From Leucoraja ocellata (lineage: Eukaryota): a DNA stretch of 64,000 nt. A program made the translations under genes and the position numbers. Below the pieces are notes generated by a model, which worked only from the letters and a program-made list of their open reading frames with translations, was not told the origin of the DNA and searched no databases. This document shows, piece by piece, positions 48,917-62,563 of this stretch (the first letter of the stretch is position 1; every line of letters begins with the position of its first letter). The stretch is from contig JAWMAR010000028.1 of assembly GCA_036785375.1 (NCBI GenBank), positions 6,696,001-6,760,000 of the forward strand, read 5' to 3'.

Positions 48917-51304
48917 ATTTTCCCGATCTCATTTTCTAATTAGTTTAATTAATTAATGTGCAACTTTTGGCAATGACGAGTTATGACATCCTTCTCAATT
49001 ATATTTCATCTAAATCTGTGGAAAATATCATGTCGTTTGGTGACTTGGGTCACGAAAACCTATTTCTAGACGCATTTTTGATGCTCGGCCCACAGCCTAA
49101 AGGGTTCTGGCCCAAAACATCACCTATTCATTTTCCCTAGAGATGATGCCAGATCCACTGAGTTACTCCAGCATTTTGTGTCTATGTTCTGTAAACCAGT
49201 ATCTGTAGTTCCTTCCTACAGCCAATGCATCAAGGCAGCCTGCAAAAGCAGTAAGAACGTAATCATCAGTTTTCCTCCTGCCCATCTGTGGAAGAATGTA
49301 TGGTTCTCGCATTGGCTTAGTTAGCCATCATAACTTACAAAATTATAGTGAAAGTAAGTAATTTTCCATTCTAAGCATCTGCCTATGAAGAGGAAGACAA
49401 AAACGAACATGGATAGCATATTTCTGACAAGATTATTCAAGTTTAAAATGTATTAACTAAATTGGAAGAATGATATCTGCAAATCACTGCATATGGAACC
49501 GTGATATCTATACAGTATGATCTGAAGAATATGTAATTGACCTGGATTTTGCAAGGCGCAGTTGGTGAAATTTCCTAGAGTTAATATCAACTACTTTGGA
49601 ATTTCTATATTATGCAATGAAAAATAATCGTCAACTTGGCTGCCACCACTTCAAAGCACAACTCCCCTTGGTGTTTTGCATGTTGCGAAGATCTCTCATC
49701 ACGTAGAGATGGAAACTGCACAAACATCGTGCCAAGAATCTGATGCCAAGTATGCATCTGCATTCATGCTATTGGTAGTCACTGATAATGGTGGGAAGGA
49801 GAATGGCTAGTGGCAGGGCTGTTGTACATCCCAGCTTCAATCTTTGGAGTACAAGGAACTGTAGATGCTGATTTACAACAAAAAAAGCACAAAATGCTGG
49901 AGCACCTCAGTGGGCCAACCCAACCCAGTTTCTCCCAGCCCAAAATCAATACCAACCGATGCTCTCCAGAGATGTTACCTGAGTTTCTGTAGCACTTTGT
50001 TTCTTTTTTCAATTTTTAAAATTAGTTTTAAATATTTTAAATTAATTTTAGTGTAATGTAAATGAATGTAATTAGCAAATGTAATTGAAATAACGGGATT
50101 TAAGTACGCAACATTGGTGTTTTCAGATGTCAATACATGGATTGTTTCCATTTGAGTATGTTTAACCTATTAATGGACTACTAATGCAAATTCTGGACAA
50201 AAAAAGCTGAAATATTAACCTTGCTTCTCTCTCCAGAAATCTTGCATGGTACCTATGTCTAAGATATTCTTGATTTATTTCAGAATTACAGCATCTGCAA
50301 TAATTTGCTTTTTGAATATTTTGATAATTTTGTCTTTGCGCTGATCTGGCGATCAGATGATGTAAGTGATCTGATCCTTAGGATATAATGTGGTATCGTC
50401 TTCTACAGACAATTCAGCATCGACCCGAAACATCGCACATTCCTTCTCTCCAGAGATGCCGCCTGTCCCGCTGAGTTACTCCAGCATTTTGTGTCTGCAC
50501 TGGATAGTTGAGATCTTTAAGCTTTTTTTTTGCAAGAAAGGATAAACACAAACTTGCCTTTTGCTTGAGAAAAACGAAATATCAAATAACTTTTTAAAAA
50601 TCTTCCAAAGCAGAAATAAACATATTATGATTCTTCTTTGCACAAGATACTGTATCCAATATAATTGTTTATAAAAACATTGTAGGACTGAGAGGTTTTC
50701 AAATTTGACCATAATGTCTCAATGCATTTGCAATCTGCATCTGGTCTCAAATTTTGCAGATAATTATACATATTATTTTTGACCATTTCATGGACAATGA
50801 AAGCTGATGTTCCCAGGGACAGTACAAATGGGTCAGGTCAGAAGTAATTATCCAATGTGCATTATGTCTCTTTACAGTGCAGTGTTTATAAAGTGCTCAT
50901 GGCAACACACGGGAATGTATGCACTTTGGGACAGCCTATAAACTGAAAAACTCATTAAATCTATAATCTCATGTAACCTTTACAAATGTTCCCAGGACAT
51001 ACAGTAAAGTCATTTGGAGCTATTTCTGAGTCATGAATAATAAGTGATATTTGCAGGGCACGGAAGTAACTTCAATTCAAAATATATTTAAAGTTAAATA
51101 AACACATTGGCAGTTTATTATAAACTGAAAGTTGTCAGCCAACTGGCGTAATGGAAGTCATTGTTAACTTTTAAAATTCCATGTTAATCTCCTTTAATTA
51201 AAGTAGCTGTTTCTAGTCTCAGAATCTAGTCTCAGCACAGATGGCAGGATGTAGGCACATACCTCAGTTATCCAAATACCTCAATTATTCACAAAAATGA
51301 CTTA

Positions 51305-51520
51305 GACAAAAGACAATAGGTGTAGGAGTAGGCCATTTGATCCCTCGAGCCAGCACCACCATTCAATGTGATCATGGCTCATCATCCACAATCAGTACCC
51401 CATTCCTGCCTTCTCCCCATATCCCCTGACTCCGCTATTTTTAAGAGCCCTATCTAGCTCTCCCTTGAAAGCATCCAGAGAACCGGCCTCCACCGCCTTC
51501 TGAGGCAGAGAATTCCGCAG
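51305..51520 (-). mobile_element. CR1 3' end
   Basis: Reverse complement of CR1 3' UTR (AGGAGTAGGCCATT..GATCATGGCT..GGCAGAGAATTCC). Confidence 0.8.
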
Positions 51521-52451
51521 ATAAATCAGACTTGTCTGATTTAGTTGTGCTGAAGTCAGAACCTGCTGAATGGAAAATATTGACTAAAATGGGGTTACAT
51601 TGTACTTGTTTAGGCACAGATTTGCTACTCTAGGACCAGAAGAAAATGCATATTTCCATCTGAATATGCGCTATCATCTATATTCAGTAAAGAGAGAGAT
51701 GTATATTTTACTGGTGCTCCAAATGAATTTAAGAATTTGCCCCTCACATTGGTTTGTAGTGAAGGAATGAAAACCTAGGGTCACACAGACTTACAGCTTT
51801 TGATTGTGGTTTATAATAATGAAAAATGTTGATGTGGTCCATAAAATGGGATATTTAAGTGAAAAAGGTTAGTTATTTAGTTATTAGGCTTTTGACCATG
51901 CCTGAGGCTTTGCTTCTGTTTGTGGTGTTTTTGATGTTTCTTTATTTTACATGTCTTTTCCTACTATTTCTTTTGATTGTTATTTTTGGTGTGTATTAAC
52001 TTTTTTGTCAATGATTAGTGATGTACAGCACTTTGTTGCAGCTATGTTTGTTTTTAAAGTGCTCTATAAATACAATTATTATTATTATTTATTATTATTA
52101 TTGTCATTGCCATGAATATATCAGCATAGATAATAATGTAATCCTCAATTTATGAACATACAATTTCATCTTGTAAACCATCAAGTTCCTCCTATTCACT
52201 GACAACAGTGCAAGAGTTTATCCAGAATAATCCACGAAAGAGGCACTTATAATCTCAATAGTCATTGTCTGAAGAAGGCTCGACCCGAAACGGCACCCAT
52301 TCCTTCTATCCTGAGATGCTGCTATCCCGCTGAGTTACTCCAGCATTTTGTGCTATCTTCAATAATCACAGTCATGATCTTCCAGTTCTTTAACACATTG
52401 TAATCACTTTCATTGCTATCACATCTTTTATTTTTGGTAATTGCATATCTT

Positions 52452-55370
52452 TTCAGATTCAGATTCAGATTCAATTTTAATTGTCATTGTCAGTGTACAG
52501 TACAGAGACAACGAAATGCATTTAGCATCTCCCTGGAAGAGCGACATAGCAAATGATTTGAATAAATAATAATAAGTGTCCGGGGAGGGGGTGATTGGCA
52601 GTCACTGAGGTACGTTGTTGAGTAGAGTGACAGCCGCCGGGAAGAAGCTGTTCCTGGACCTGCTGGTTCGGCAACGGAGAGGCCTGTAGCGCCTCCCGGA
52701 TGGTAGGGGGTTAAACAGTCCATGGTTGGGGTGCGAGCAGTCCTTGGCGATGCTGAGCGCCCTCCGCAGACAACGCTTGCTTTGAACAGACTCAATGGAG
52801 GGGAGCGAGGAACCGGTGATGCGTTGAGCAATTTTCACCACCCTCTGCAATGCCTTCCGGTCGGAGACAGAGCAGTTGCCATACCATACTGTGATGCAGT
52901 TGGTAAGGATACTCTCGATGGTGCAGCGGTAGAAGTTCACCAGGATCTGAGGAGATAGATGGACCTTCTTCAGTCTCCTCAGGAAGAAGAGACGCTGGTG
53001 AGCCTTCTTGATCAGAGTTGAGGTATTGTGGGTCCAAGAGAGGTCATTGGAGATGTTGACTCCCAGGAACCTGAAGCTAGAAACACGTTCCACCTCCGTC
53101 CCGTTAATGTGGATGGGGGTGTGCGTGCCGCCTCTGGATTTCCTGAAGTCTACAATGAGCTCCTTGGTCTTCTTGGAGTTAAGGGCCAGGTTGTTGTCAG
53201 CGCACCATGCTGCTAAGTGCTGGACCTCCTCCCTGTAGGCCAACTCATCGTTGTTGCTGATGAGGCCAATCACCGTTGTATCATCTGCATACTTGATGAT
53301 GGTGTTAGTACCATGTACAGGTGTGCAGTCATAGGTGAAGAGGGAGTAGAGGAGGGGGCTCAGCACACAGCCCTGTGGAACGCCGGTGTTCAGGGTGAGG
53401 GTTGAAGAGGTGTGCTTGTCTAACCTAACAGACTGGGGTCTATTGGTTAGAAAGTCCAGTATCCAGTTGCAGAGGGAGGGGTTGATGCCCAGGTTACCGA
53501 GTTTGGTGATCAGTTTTGATGGTATAATAGTGTTGAATGCTGAGCTGTAATCGATGAACAGCATTCTTACGTAAGTGTCTCAGTTGTCGAGGTGGGAGAG
53601 GGCGGAGTGAAGTGCCGTTGAGATGGCATCCTCCGTACTCCTGTTCTTGTGGTAGGCGAACTGATAGGGATCCAGTGTGGGGGGTAGGCAGCTTTTGAGG
53701 TGTGCCAGGACCAGCCTCTCGAAGCACTTGGTGATGATGGGGGTAAGTGCAACTGGGCGGAAGTCGTTGAGGCTTGCCGCAGTGGAGTGTTTTGGCACTG
53801 GCACGATGGAGGTGGTTTTAAGGCACGTGGGGACAACTGTTTGGGCAAGTGACAGGTTGAAGATGTCAGTCCAGATGTCTGTCAGCTGCGCAGCACAGGC
53901 CCTGAGCACGCGCCCGGGGATGCCGTCAGGGCCAGCAGCTTTACGTGCATTAGTCCTACTCAGTGCCACGTATATGTCGTAGGGGGTGAGTGTGAGGGGT
54001 TGGTGATCAGCAGGGAGTACAGCCTTGATGGCTGTCTCTAGATTGTCCCTGTCAAAGCGGCCATAGAAGTGATTAAGCTCCTCAAGGAAGGAGGCGTCGC
54101 TGGATGTGGGGGTGGTGTTGGAGGGTCTGTAGTCCGTGATGGCCTGGATGCCTTGCCACATGTGTCGGGGGTCGGAGTTGTTGTTGAAGTGCTCCTCAAT
54201 CCTGAGCTTATGGCAGTGCTTGGCCTTCCTGATGCCCCTCTTCAGGTTAGCCCTGGCTGAACTGTAGGCTCGAGCATCGCCTGACCTGAAAGCGGTGTCC
54301 CGTGCTTTCAGCAGTAGCCTGACCTCGTTGTTCATCCATGGCTTATGATTCGGGTATATGGTCACCTGTTTGAGGGAGGTGACACTGTTGATGGTGGAGT
54401 TTATAAAGTCCAGAACAGAGGATGTGTAGGAATCAATGTACGTGTGGGAGTCAAGGGTGGCCTGGGCTGCAAACGCCTTCTAGTCAGTGTTTCCAAAACA
54501 CTGCTGAAGTGTGAAGTCCGCTTCCTCTGACCAGACTTTAACTGTCCTCACAGTTGGTTTAACCCGTCTGATGAGTGGGGAGTACTTAGGGAGCAGGAAC
54601 AATGAGACGTGATCAGACTGACCAAGGTGGGGGCGGGGATGGCTTTGTAAGCTTCAGCCATGTTGGTGTAGACTTTGTCCAGTGTCTTGTCTACTCTAGT
54701 GGGGAAGGATACATGTTGGTGGAATTTGGGGAGTACAGTCTTCAGGTTAGAGTGATTGAAGTCACCCGCAACAATGAAGGCTGCCTCGGGGTTGTGCGTC
54801 TGTTGATTGCTAATGGCAGTATGCAGCTCTTTCATTGCAAGCTTGGCATTAGCATCAGGAGGGATATAGGCTGCAGTCACAACAGTGGAGGTGAACTCTC
54901 TGGGCAGATAGAACGGTCTGCATCTAACCAAGAAGAACTCAAGGTTAGCTGAGCAGTGACTCTCGATGATGGTGGAGTCCGTGCACCATACTTTGTTTAC
55001 ATAAATGCACAGACCCCCACCTCTGGTCTTACCGGAGTCTGATGTCCTGTCCGCTCGGAGTAAATGACACCCCGATAGCTGGATGGTGCTGTCAGGAACG
55101 TCAGTGTTGAGCCAAGTTTCCGTGAAGATCAGGATGTTGCAGTCCTTGATCCAGTTGTGGGAGGTGATCCTTAGCCGGAGTTCATCCATTTTGTTTGCCA
55201 GTGAGCGCACGTTGGCGAGGAAAAGGCTAGGAATCGCTACCCTGTGTGGGGCTAGCTCTAACCTGGCCTTTAACCCACCTCTGGGTCCCCGGTGGTGTTT
55301 TCGTACGCTTCGCCGTCTGTTGGTGCTTCTGGTGGGCCGAGCTGGCTTGGTGCGCGCTGGTGTTTTTTGA
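52452..55370 (-). mobile_element. Near full-length Rex1/Babar LINE (APE endonuclease + RT), frameshifted
   Basis: ORFs 54548-55432 (LANVRSL, FTETWL, AGDFNH), 53580-54365 (KAAGPDG, DFRPVALT) and 52602-53564 ([23 protein letters not shown]). 3' GACAATTAA and (TCTGAA)n tail at 52452-52475. Confidence 0.95.
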
Positions 55371-56529
55371 TGATCAAGGTAAAAGCCTAGGACCCTTGGG
55401 CTTGAACTTAAATCAAGCAACCAAGTGTGCACTAAAATATTGATGATGTGACTACATCACTGATGATGTGTTCAGGAGCATCTATCGATGTATTTGTATC
55501 AATTGAAAATATCAAATTAAAAAGTGCCAGTTCTTTCATCGGCTTCATAGTGGATTTACGATCATCTGCCTGGTCAATGAGCTTTGACTAGAACATGATG
55601 TACTCAACTATGGGTATTGGTTGCTTTATGAAAGCCATCAACAGTATGATTCAGACTTGAACAACATTATTCTTTAGCGTCAAGCACTTAATTAAAGGCT
55701 CTGCAGCACTTTTACCAGAGTACAATAAATGATCTGTTTAGTACTTTAGGATGCTCAGTTAAATAATATTCCAGATTGCTCTCTCCTTACATCTTTGCAA
55801 TATACTCTTTATCATTATCATTGTTGTAATATCTGCAGTAGCAATTTTGACACCTGAGTTAGGAATGTGTATGTTCCATTAATGGATGTTGAACTGAACA
55901 CTCACCGAATTGAATCAGCAAACCACTTACAGCATGTGAAATATCAGCAGAATGAATGTTTTTTATAATCGCAACTTGTCACTTACTGCACACTTTTTTT
56001 TACCAGTATGCTTCACAGGCTACGCACATTTAATTCCAGTACAGATGGTTGAAAAATATACTTTCATCTCCGTCTCTCAGATGTTATTCGTATTTGTCTC
56101 CTGACATTTGGCTGTATTGAAATCAATGGAATCAAATGAGAGGTGATTATAGTCAGTTATGGAGTCATACAGCATGAAAACCAGCCCTTCAGCCCAACTG
56201 ATCCACACCAACCAAAATACTCCTGTTCTGATGAAGGGTCACATGCCTGAAAAGTTGCCTGTTTCTATTTCCACAGTTACTGCCTGACCTAGGTTTTTCT
56301 TTTCCTTTCTGTTTTTGCTTCAGATTGCCTGCATCTCCAGGGTTTTTATATCTTCACTGACTGTAGTTGGTGAGAAATACTTATGCACGCATTTACTGTA
56401 GCTCCATGAGCAAAGCCAATTTCCCCACATTTTAGATTTATTGCACTAACTCTCTGCTAGGTATAAGAATGATCTCTAATTTAGAATATCGTTTTCTATA
56501 GCTGTTTGTGAATCCAGTAGTTGTACCTA

Positions 56530-56782
56530 AGATAGACACAATATGCTGGAGTAACTCGGCGGGATTGGCAGCAACCTAGGATAGAAGGAATGGGTGATGT
56601 TTCCGTTTGAGACCCTTCTTCAGACTAGAGTGAAGTCACGAGTCACTTCACTAGTCCGAAGAAGGGTCTCGACCGGAAAAGTCACCTATTCCTTCTCTCC
56701 AGAGATGCTGCCTTTCCCGCTGAGTTACTGCAGCATTTGTGTCTATCTTTAGTTTAAACCAGCATCTGCAGTTCCTTCGTGC
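56530..56782. repeat. Inverted pair of Penelope-derived hammerhead units
   Basis: Minus copy ~56530-56626 and plus copy ~56652-56782, with a self-complementary spacer AGTGAAGT..ACTTCACT. Confidence 0.75.
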
Positions 56783-57377
56783 ACAGTAGTTGTACCCATT
56801 GCCCTTTCTTTGCTTGTGACGCAGAAGAATTTCCACCGACATGTTTGCAATTATGCTGAGATTTATATCCCTCAGAATCTGCAGACTGTTACTAGCAAGA
56901 AACATATAAACAACTAAAAGTTTATATGGATGCATAAAGAGGAAAAGATTAGTAGAAGTTAATGTGGCTGCCTTACAGACAAGACAAGGGAAATTCTAAT
57001 TAAAACCAGAAAGCACTAGGGATACCCTGAAGGCCAGGCAGCTTTCTGTGAGGAAAGACATATTCATATTCAGGATGAATGGACTTCATCAGATCTGCAG
57101 AAGTGAGATAACATGTTTTAAGTTGCAGAGAGCCAAAGGACTGGAGAGAGAAAAAGAAATAACTACCATGGTAGAAACCAAGCTTGTCTCAGTGGTACAA
57201 TGCTTTCAGAGCCATTTTAGTTTGTAGATGAAATTGGGCAGTTGCAAAATAAATATCAAAAGATCACGCTGGAACTGCGATGGGTTAAACACAGCAGTTG
57301 CTGGAAAGATGAAACGAGACTGCTGGAAACAGGCGGCATCTACACAGAGCAAAATATTGAGTTAAGGTAGACGGTTA

Positions 57378-57684
57378 AGGGCCTGTCTCACTGTACGAGG
57401 TAATTCAAGAGTTCTCCCGAGTTTCCCCTGATTCGAACTCGGAGAATTACGGTAATAGCCGCTCGTAGGTACTTGGAGCTCTCGTGGACCTTTTGCAACA
57501 TGTTGAAAAAGCTTCATGAGCTTACCACTTTTCCCGAGTACCTGCCGTTAGCGTTACCAGCCGTTAAGAGACATCTTGAGCTCCGACGTACCCGCTACAT
57601 ACATTCTACTTACTTACCACAAGTTTGATTTTTTTTAAAATTCGGGAGAGCTCTTGGGTAAACTCGTACAGTGGGACAGGCCCT
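57378..57684. mobile_element. PIF/Harbinger MITE
   Basis: TIRs AGGGCCTGTCTCACTGTACGAG / CTCGTACAGTGGGACAGGCCCT with TTA TSD (57375-77, 57685-87). Confidence 0.9.
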
Positions 57685-58083
57685 TTAAATCAGACCGACG
57701 AGATTTGACACAAAAAGGAATAACCTGATATTGGCTCTTGAGAGCATCAGCATGCCCAGGCAAGAGATGAGATTTGTTTCTTAATCTTACACTGGGCTTT
57801 CTTGAAACCATGTCCATTAAAGTATTAGGTGACTGAAAGTTCAGAGGAATGAAGTCCAAAAGTAAGAATATGGCAGGGAAGTCAAACTAATATTTTGTGT
57901 CTGTCTTCATGGAGAAGGCATGAGATCCTTGCTCCGGATCTCATATGGAGGATGCAGGTCTGGAATGAATGGGGAGCTAGAATCGTTCTCATTGAAAGAT
58001 AGCAAGTGTAACTGGCCTACCTAAGGAACTACAGACCCGCAGGCCTGATATCATGGTAGGGAAAGCACTATTTCAGTAATAAA

Positions 58084-60340
58084 CTTTATTTCGGACTCAA
58101 GGTCCAGACAAGGGACAACCTTGCATAAAAGCATCATAAATTATATATATAATAATTAAAAAAAACACAATACATGAATTAAAATCCAGAATAAAAAAGA
58201 ATGATCAATGTCCTGCAACGAGACAACGATACCAGTGTCTCCACAACTGGGATTCGTAGCGTGTAGTGCTAAACCTTATGTTTGACAAGGACACAATAAT
58301 TACATTTTTAGTCATTTATCCTGCAAATGAATTTATACATATGATTTCTTAGGATAGCTTCTAAAGTACTGACTCCTGCAGCCAAAAACATGTTACCAGC
58401 ACTACACCATCTAGGTCTCCTTAGCAATGTTCTCATGGCATAATTATAGGACACCTTTAGTCTCTGCAAACTTGTCTTTCCATAGTTTGACTACAGGTGC
58501 GCAGTCTAGAGTGGTGTGCAATATGCTTTAAACAACGACATCTTCACCACATCTGTACACGCACAAAACTTACGCAAGATAATACTCGCCTGTACATACA
58601 GCATACGTTGTTGCCTATAAATATCATCATCATCTGTCATTTGTTCTGTAGTAAAATGCCCTAGATATTTTACCTCATTAGACACTGAGATTATTGTCAG
58701 ACAATTTAAAAGCAGGAAATTTTAGACATTTATCCTCTTTGGTTCTACAGATAATAACAGCACTCTTACTAGCATTATATTTAACATCATGTTCCACACC
58801 ATATACAGAACATATAGTAAGGAGCTGCTAGAGACCAACGCTAGATGGACTAAAGACCACAAGGTCATCTGCATACATAATATGGTTCACTAAAATATTA
58901 CCAATCATGCACCCAGTATTACAGGCTTTCAATTGTTTGGACAGATCATCAATATAAAGATTAAAAAGGACTGGGGCCAACCCCCCCCTCTTGTCCAACA
59001 CCATTGCTAACCCCAAATGGGACTGAGACCCTATTGGCCGTTTTATTTGCATAGTCTGGTGGGCATACCAGTAGGCCAGAATTCTCACAATGTATTCAGG
59101 CATCCCTCTTTGACATTTTAACAACAACTTTCTGTGATTAACACGGTCAAAGGCTTTGGAAGCATCAATAAAGCACATAAGAATTGAAGAGTTTTTGCCT
59201 CAATATTTGTTTACAATCTCCTTTAGGGCATATATGCATAAGTCAGTGCCATGTTTAGCTTTAAAACCAAACTGGTTATCTGTGGAGTTAACAAACTCAT
59301 TTACTCTATCCAGCAGAACTCTTTCTAAGACTTTTGACAATATGCTGGCTAAAGCTATGGGCCTGTAATGATTTAAGCTGCCTACTTTACCAGCTTTGTC
59401 CTTAATGACCGGAACTAGCAGAATAGACAACATTGAGTCTGGTAACAAGCAAGCAGAGGAGCTATCCTCATACTCGCATACTTAAGATGTTCAGCAGAAA
59501 TATGATCCAAGCCACTTGCTTTGTTGTTGGACAGCTTGTTCGTGCATGATACACCTCATGTGACATAATCACCATTGAGTCATTACTCTCAATATTGTCC
59601 ACCCTATACAATCACCTTGGGCACAGTTGAATAAAGTATTATAATGTTGTCGCCATAACTCCATGATATTAGCTGTTCCGGAGATTCCATCTACAGTGCA
59701 TGGTAGAAATGTTTTGCAAATGTTAAGTGCTCTCACTTCTTTCCAAAAATCAGTAGCATTGTTACTTAGCAGCTTCTTAGCCATGGAATCAGCCCTCATA
59801 GCTTGCTCATTTTTACAGACGAAGCGAACAGCATACTTATATCTTGCATTAGTGAGCTTCTTGTACTCAAACACAGGCCCCTGTCTGTAAATACTTTAAA
59901 TGAACAGTATCTACTGTGTATTGTGTCAATCTTTTGACAGGTAACCTCACGGCCAAGTTTTTCTTTAAGATACACAGATAAAGTTTCGGAGTTTAGGTCC
60001 GGTGAAAACTTGGAGGCAAAAACACTCACCAGCTTAGTCTTGATCGTTTTAATGTTACCCGCAGCTCTGGTACCAATAATAGGCAAAGCGTGGATTTCCT
60101 TCTCTGCCCGGTGGTAATATTGGGGTTTTTTGGACAATTTTGCCTTACCATAGTGTTCTCTGGAGCATGACGTCGATCATTTTTCACAACATGACTCCAC
60201 TTTGGAGGGTCTGGCAACGTTAAACCACTGGGACTATCTGTTGCCGTTGCCCTCTCCACGCTTAAGGCAAGGCCCTCCACCGCAGCCCTCACTCCGAGGT
60301 GCAGCTCCCAGTGCTGTGCCTGCCATGCCAAATGGCTCCA
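58084..60340 (-). mobile_element. RTE-X-like LINE (ORF1 remnant ~59890-60340 fused to RT ~58220-59885)
   Basis: NHYRPIALASILSKVLE, QFGFK.KHGT, FIDASKAFDRVNH, HIMYADDLVV, SLFKAYCTP. 3' CTGGACCTTGAGTCCGAAATAAA (also at ~17500 on plus). ORF1 motif VFASKFSP..YCSFKV. Confidence 0.8.
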
Positions 60341-61659
60341 TCAGCCAATGGCTTATTAATGAAAGGTAACAATAATGGAACTGTTGGGGTGGGAGATTGG
60401 AACCTTCATGTGGTCCGCCCTGTTTCGACGAATACAATCAACCTGGCGTGCACTACCAAATAAGATCAAATATAAGAAGTTGTCCTACAACTTTAGGCTG
60501 TGCACGCCATAAACAAGAAGAAGAAGATGGAACTGTTCAGGTCAACATGAATAAATTAATGGGAAATTGTTTTTGCCAGATATATTCTGCTCAATGTTTT
60601 TTGAGGTTGTAGCTAGCAGAATACCAAAGAGTGAGCCAGTTGATGTAGAAACAAGGAACGGCAGATGCTGTCTTACCAAGGAAAGACACAAAATGCTGGA
60701 GTACACAGCGGGCCAGGCAGTATCCCTGGAGTATGCAGTATGGACTTGTTTTTTTTTCTAATTGTGCTTTGCATTGTCCTTTTCTATTGCAGTTTCTTTT
60801 CATTTGTCTGTCTTGCACAATGTTCATTTGTAGTTACCTTATCATTTATATTTTTGTGTGTTTGTCTATGTGCCTGTGATGATGCGAGAAGTAACATGTT
60901 TATTGTAGCTCTATCTCATTGTGCTTGAGCATATGACAATAAACTCGACTTGATTTGACTTGACTGGAATTGATTTTAGTGCTTACTTTAGACAATTAGG
61001 ATAGCTTTAGAATTATAAATCTATACCCGCTTCTCTAAATTGCTGCATTATTGCACTAAGATGGTTTGTGTCAGCATTATTTGTGTGAAACTGTAAAACC
61101 TATGTATTTGGAGTTCATGGCATGTGTAAAGGTTAAAGCCTACACCACTGTGGCCTCTTTATCTACACGTAGGGTAATTCCACATCTGTGCAACATTAGC
61201 TGCCTGAAGTACACATTAAAAGCAAACATTTCAATTAACTCTTAACAAAATTGTTTTCAAAACAGTTAACGACTGCACAAATGAACGTCAAACAGAGTAT
61301 TACAGTAACTAGACTGTTGTGTTTTCCAATAAACAATATGGTTCAAGGAAAATACTTCAGCCAAAACATACCACCCTCCTCTATTTTACACCCTCCTCCA
61401 TTTTCCAGTCACATTTCCTTTTGGAAGTTAGTAAGAAATGTTTTCAAAATGTATCTAATTTTTGTAATCAGATACCTACAACATTATGTGAACAGGCCAG
61501 ATTTTTAGTCTACTAAAATGTAGTTTTGTAGTTCCCCTGTGCAAATTCCCGATATAAATATTAATGCGATACTAAGATACTAATTAACAATACATGGAAT
61601 TATGCTTTCTGAATGTTAAAAGTATAATCTTTTCACCAATCTCATGATTGTATCAAGCA

Positions 61660-62563
61660 CTAGACTAAGTGGGACCCGTTGGGTCTCGGTCACACGGGAG
61701 GCCTGGTCACCCAACGCAATATTCCACCACTCACCCATAGCCCCCAATTGCTCAGGCGCGGCTCATTTCCCCTCATCCCCCAGCACTCCATCCCCCTCCT
61801 CTTCACCCTCCCTCTTCTGTCCCTTCTCCTCCTCCCCTCCCTCATCTCTCCCTCACTCCCCCTTCCCTCCCGCCCTTCCCTATCCCTCTATCCCCCACCT
61901 CCCCCACTCCTCACCTCCCCTATCCCCCCCACTTCCCTCCTCTCCCTCTATTCCCCACTCCCTACCTTCTCCCACTCCCCACTCCTCTCCCTCTATTTCC
62001 CCTCCTCCCCCACTCTCCCTCCTCACCTCCTCCCTCTTTTCCCCTCTCCTCCTACCCTCCCCCAACCCCTCCCTCACCTCTCCTTTCCCCTACCCTCAGT
62101 CACTCCCTCCCTTCCAACCTCCCTCCCTCCTTCCCTCCATCCCTCCCTCCCTCCATAACTCCTCTCCCCTCCCAACCTCCCTCCTCTCCCTCTATCCCCC
62201 CTCTTCCCCCACTCACCCTCCTCACCTCCCCAACTTTCTGCAGGCAGGCAGGCGGGCCCCGCGACAGGAAGGTGGGCGCCGACTGGGAGGCAGGCCGTGT
62301 CCGGTGACTGACAGCGGCAGGCGGCCAATCAGTGCGGCGATGGTGACAGGAGAGGAGACCAATCTGCGCAGATGCTTTTTAAGATTTTTAAACCTTAATA
62401 TATACCACCGATCGGAACAAAACCTGGTGCATTTTCAGCACAGGACAACGGTGAGTAAGGTGGCGAAAAATCGTAATGCTATCGCATATCGTTTTTGCGC
62501 AAACGTAAAAACAATGCAAACCGGAAGATAAGAAGGTGAGAGTTTTAGTTGTGTATAGATAGA
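61660..62563 (-). mobile_element. Non-autonomous Helitron with CT-rich tract (61770-62232)
   Basis: On the minus strand starts TC(TATCTATAC..) after A and ends GACCC AAC GGGTC hairpin + CCACTTAGT-CTAG before T. No TSD. Confidence 0.8.

Larger units (their letters stand above)
45669..49099 (+). mobile_element. Academ-like DNA transposon, internally deleted
   Basis: TAGGCTGTGGGCCGAG...CTCGGCCCACAGCCTA termini with ~150-bp imperfect TIRs. 3-bp TSD AAG (45666-68, 49100-102). Splits a hammerhead unit CTGAAGAAG|GGTTCTGGCCCAAAAC. Confidence 0.85.

Noticed and set aside
61644-62531. 295-aa Pro/Ser-rich ORF
   Set aside because: Translation of a CT-rich low-complexity tract inside a Helitron.
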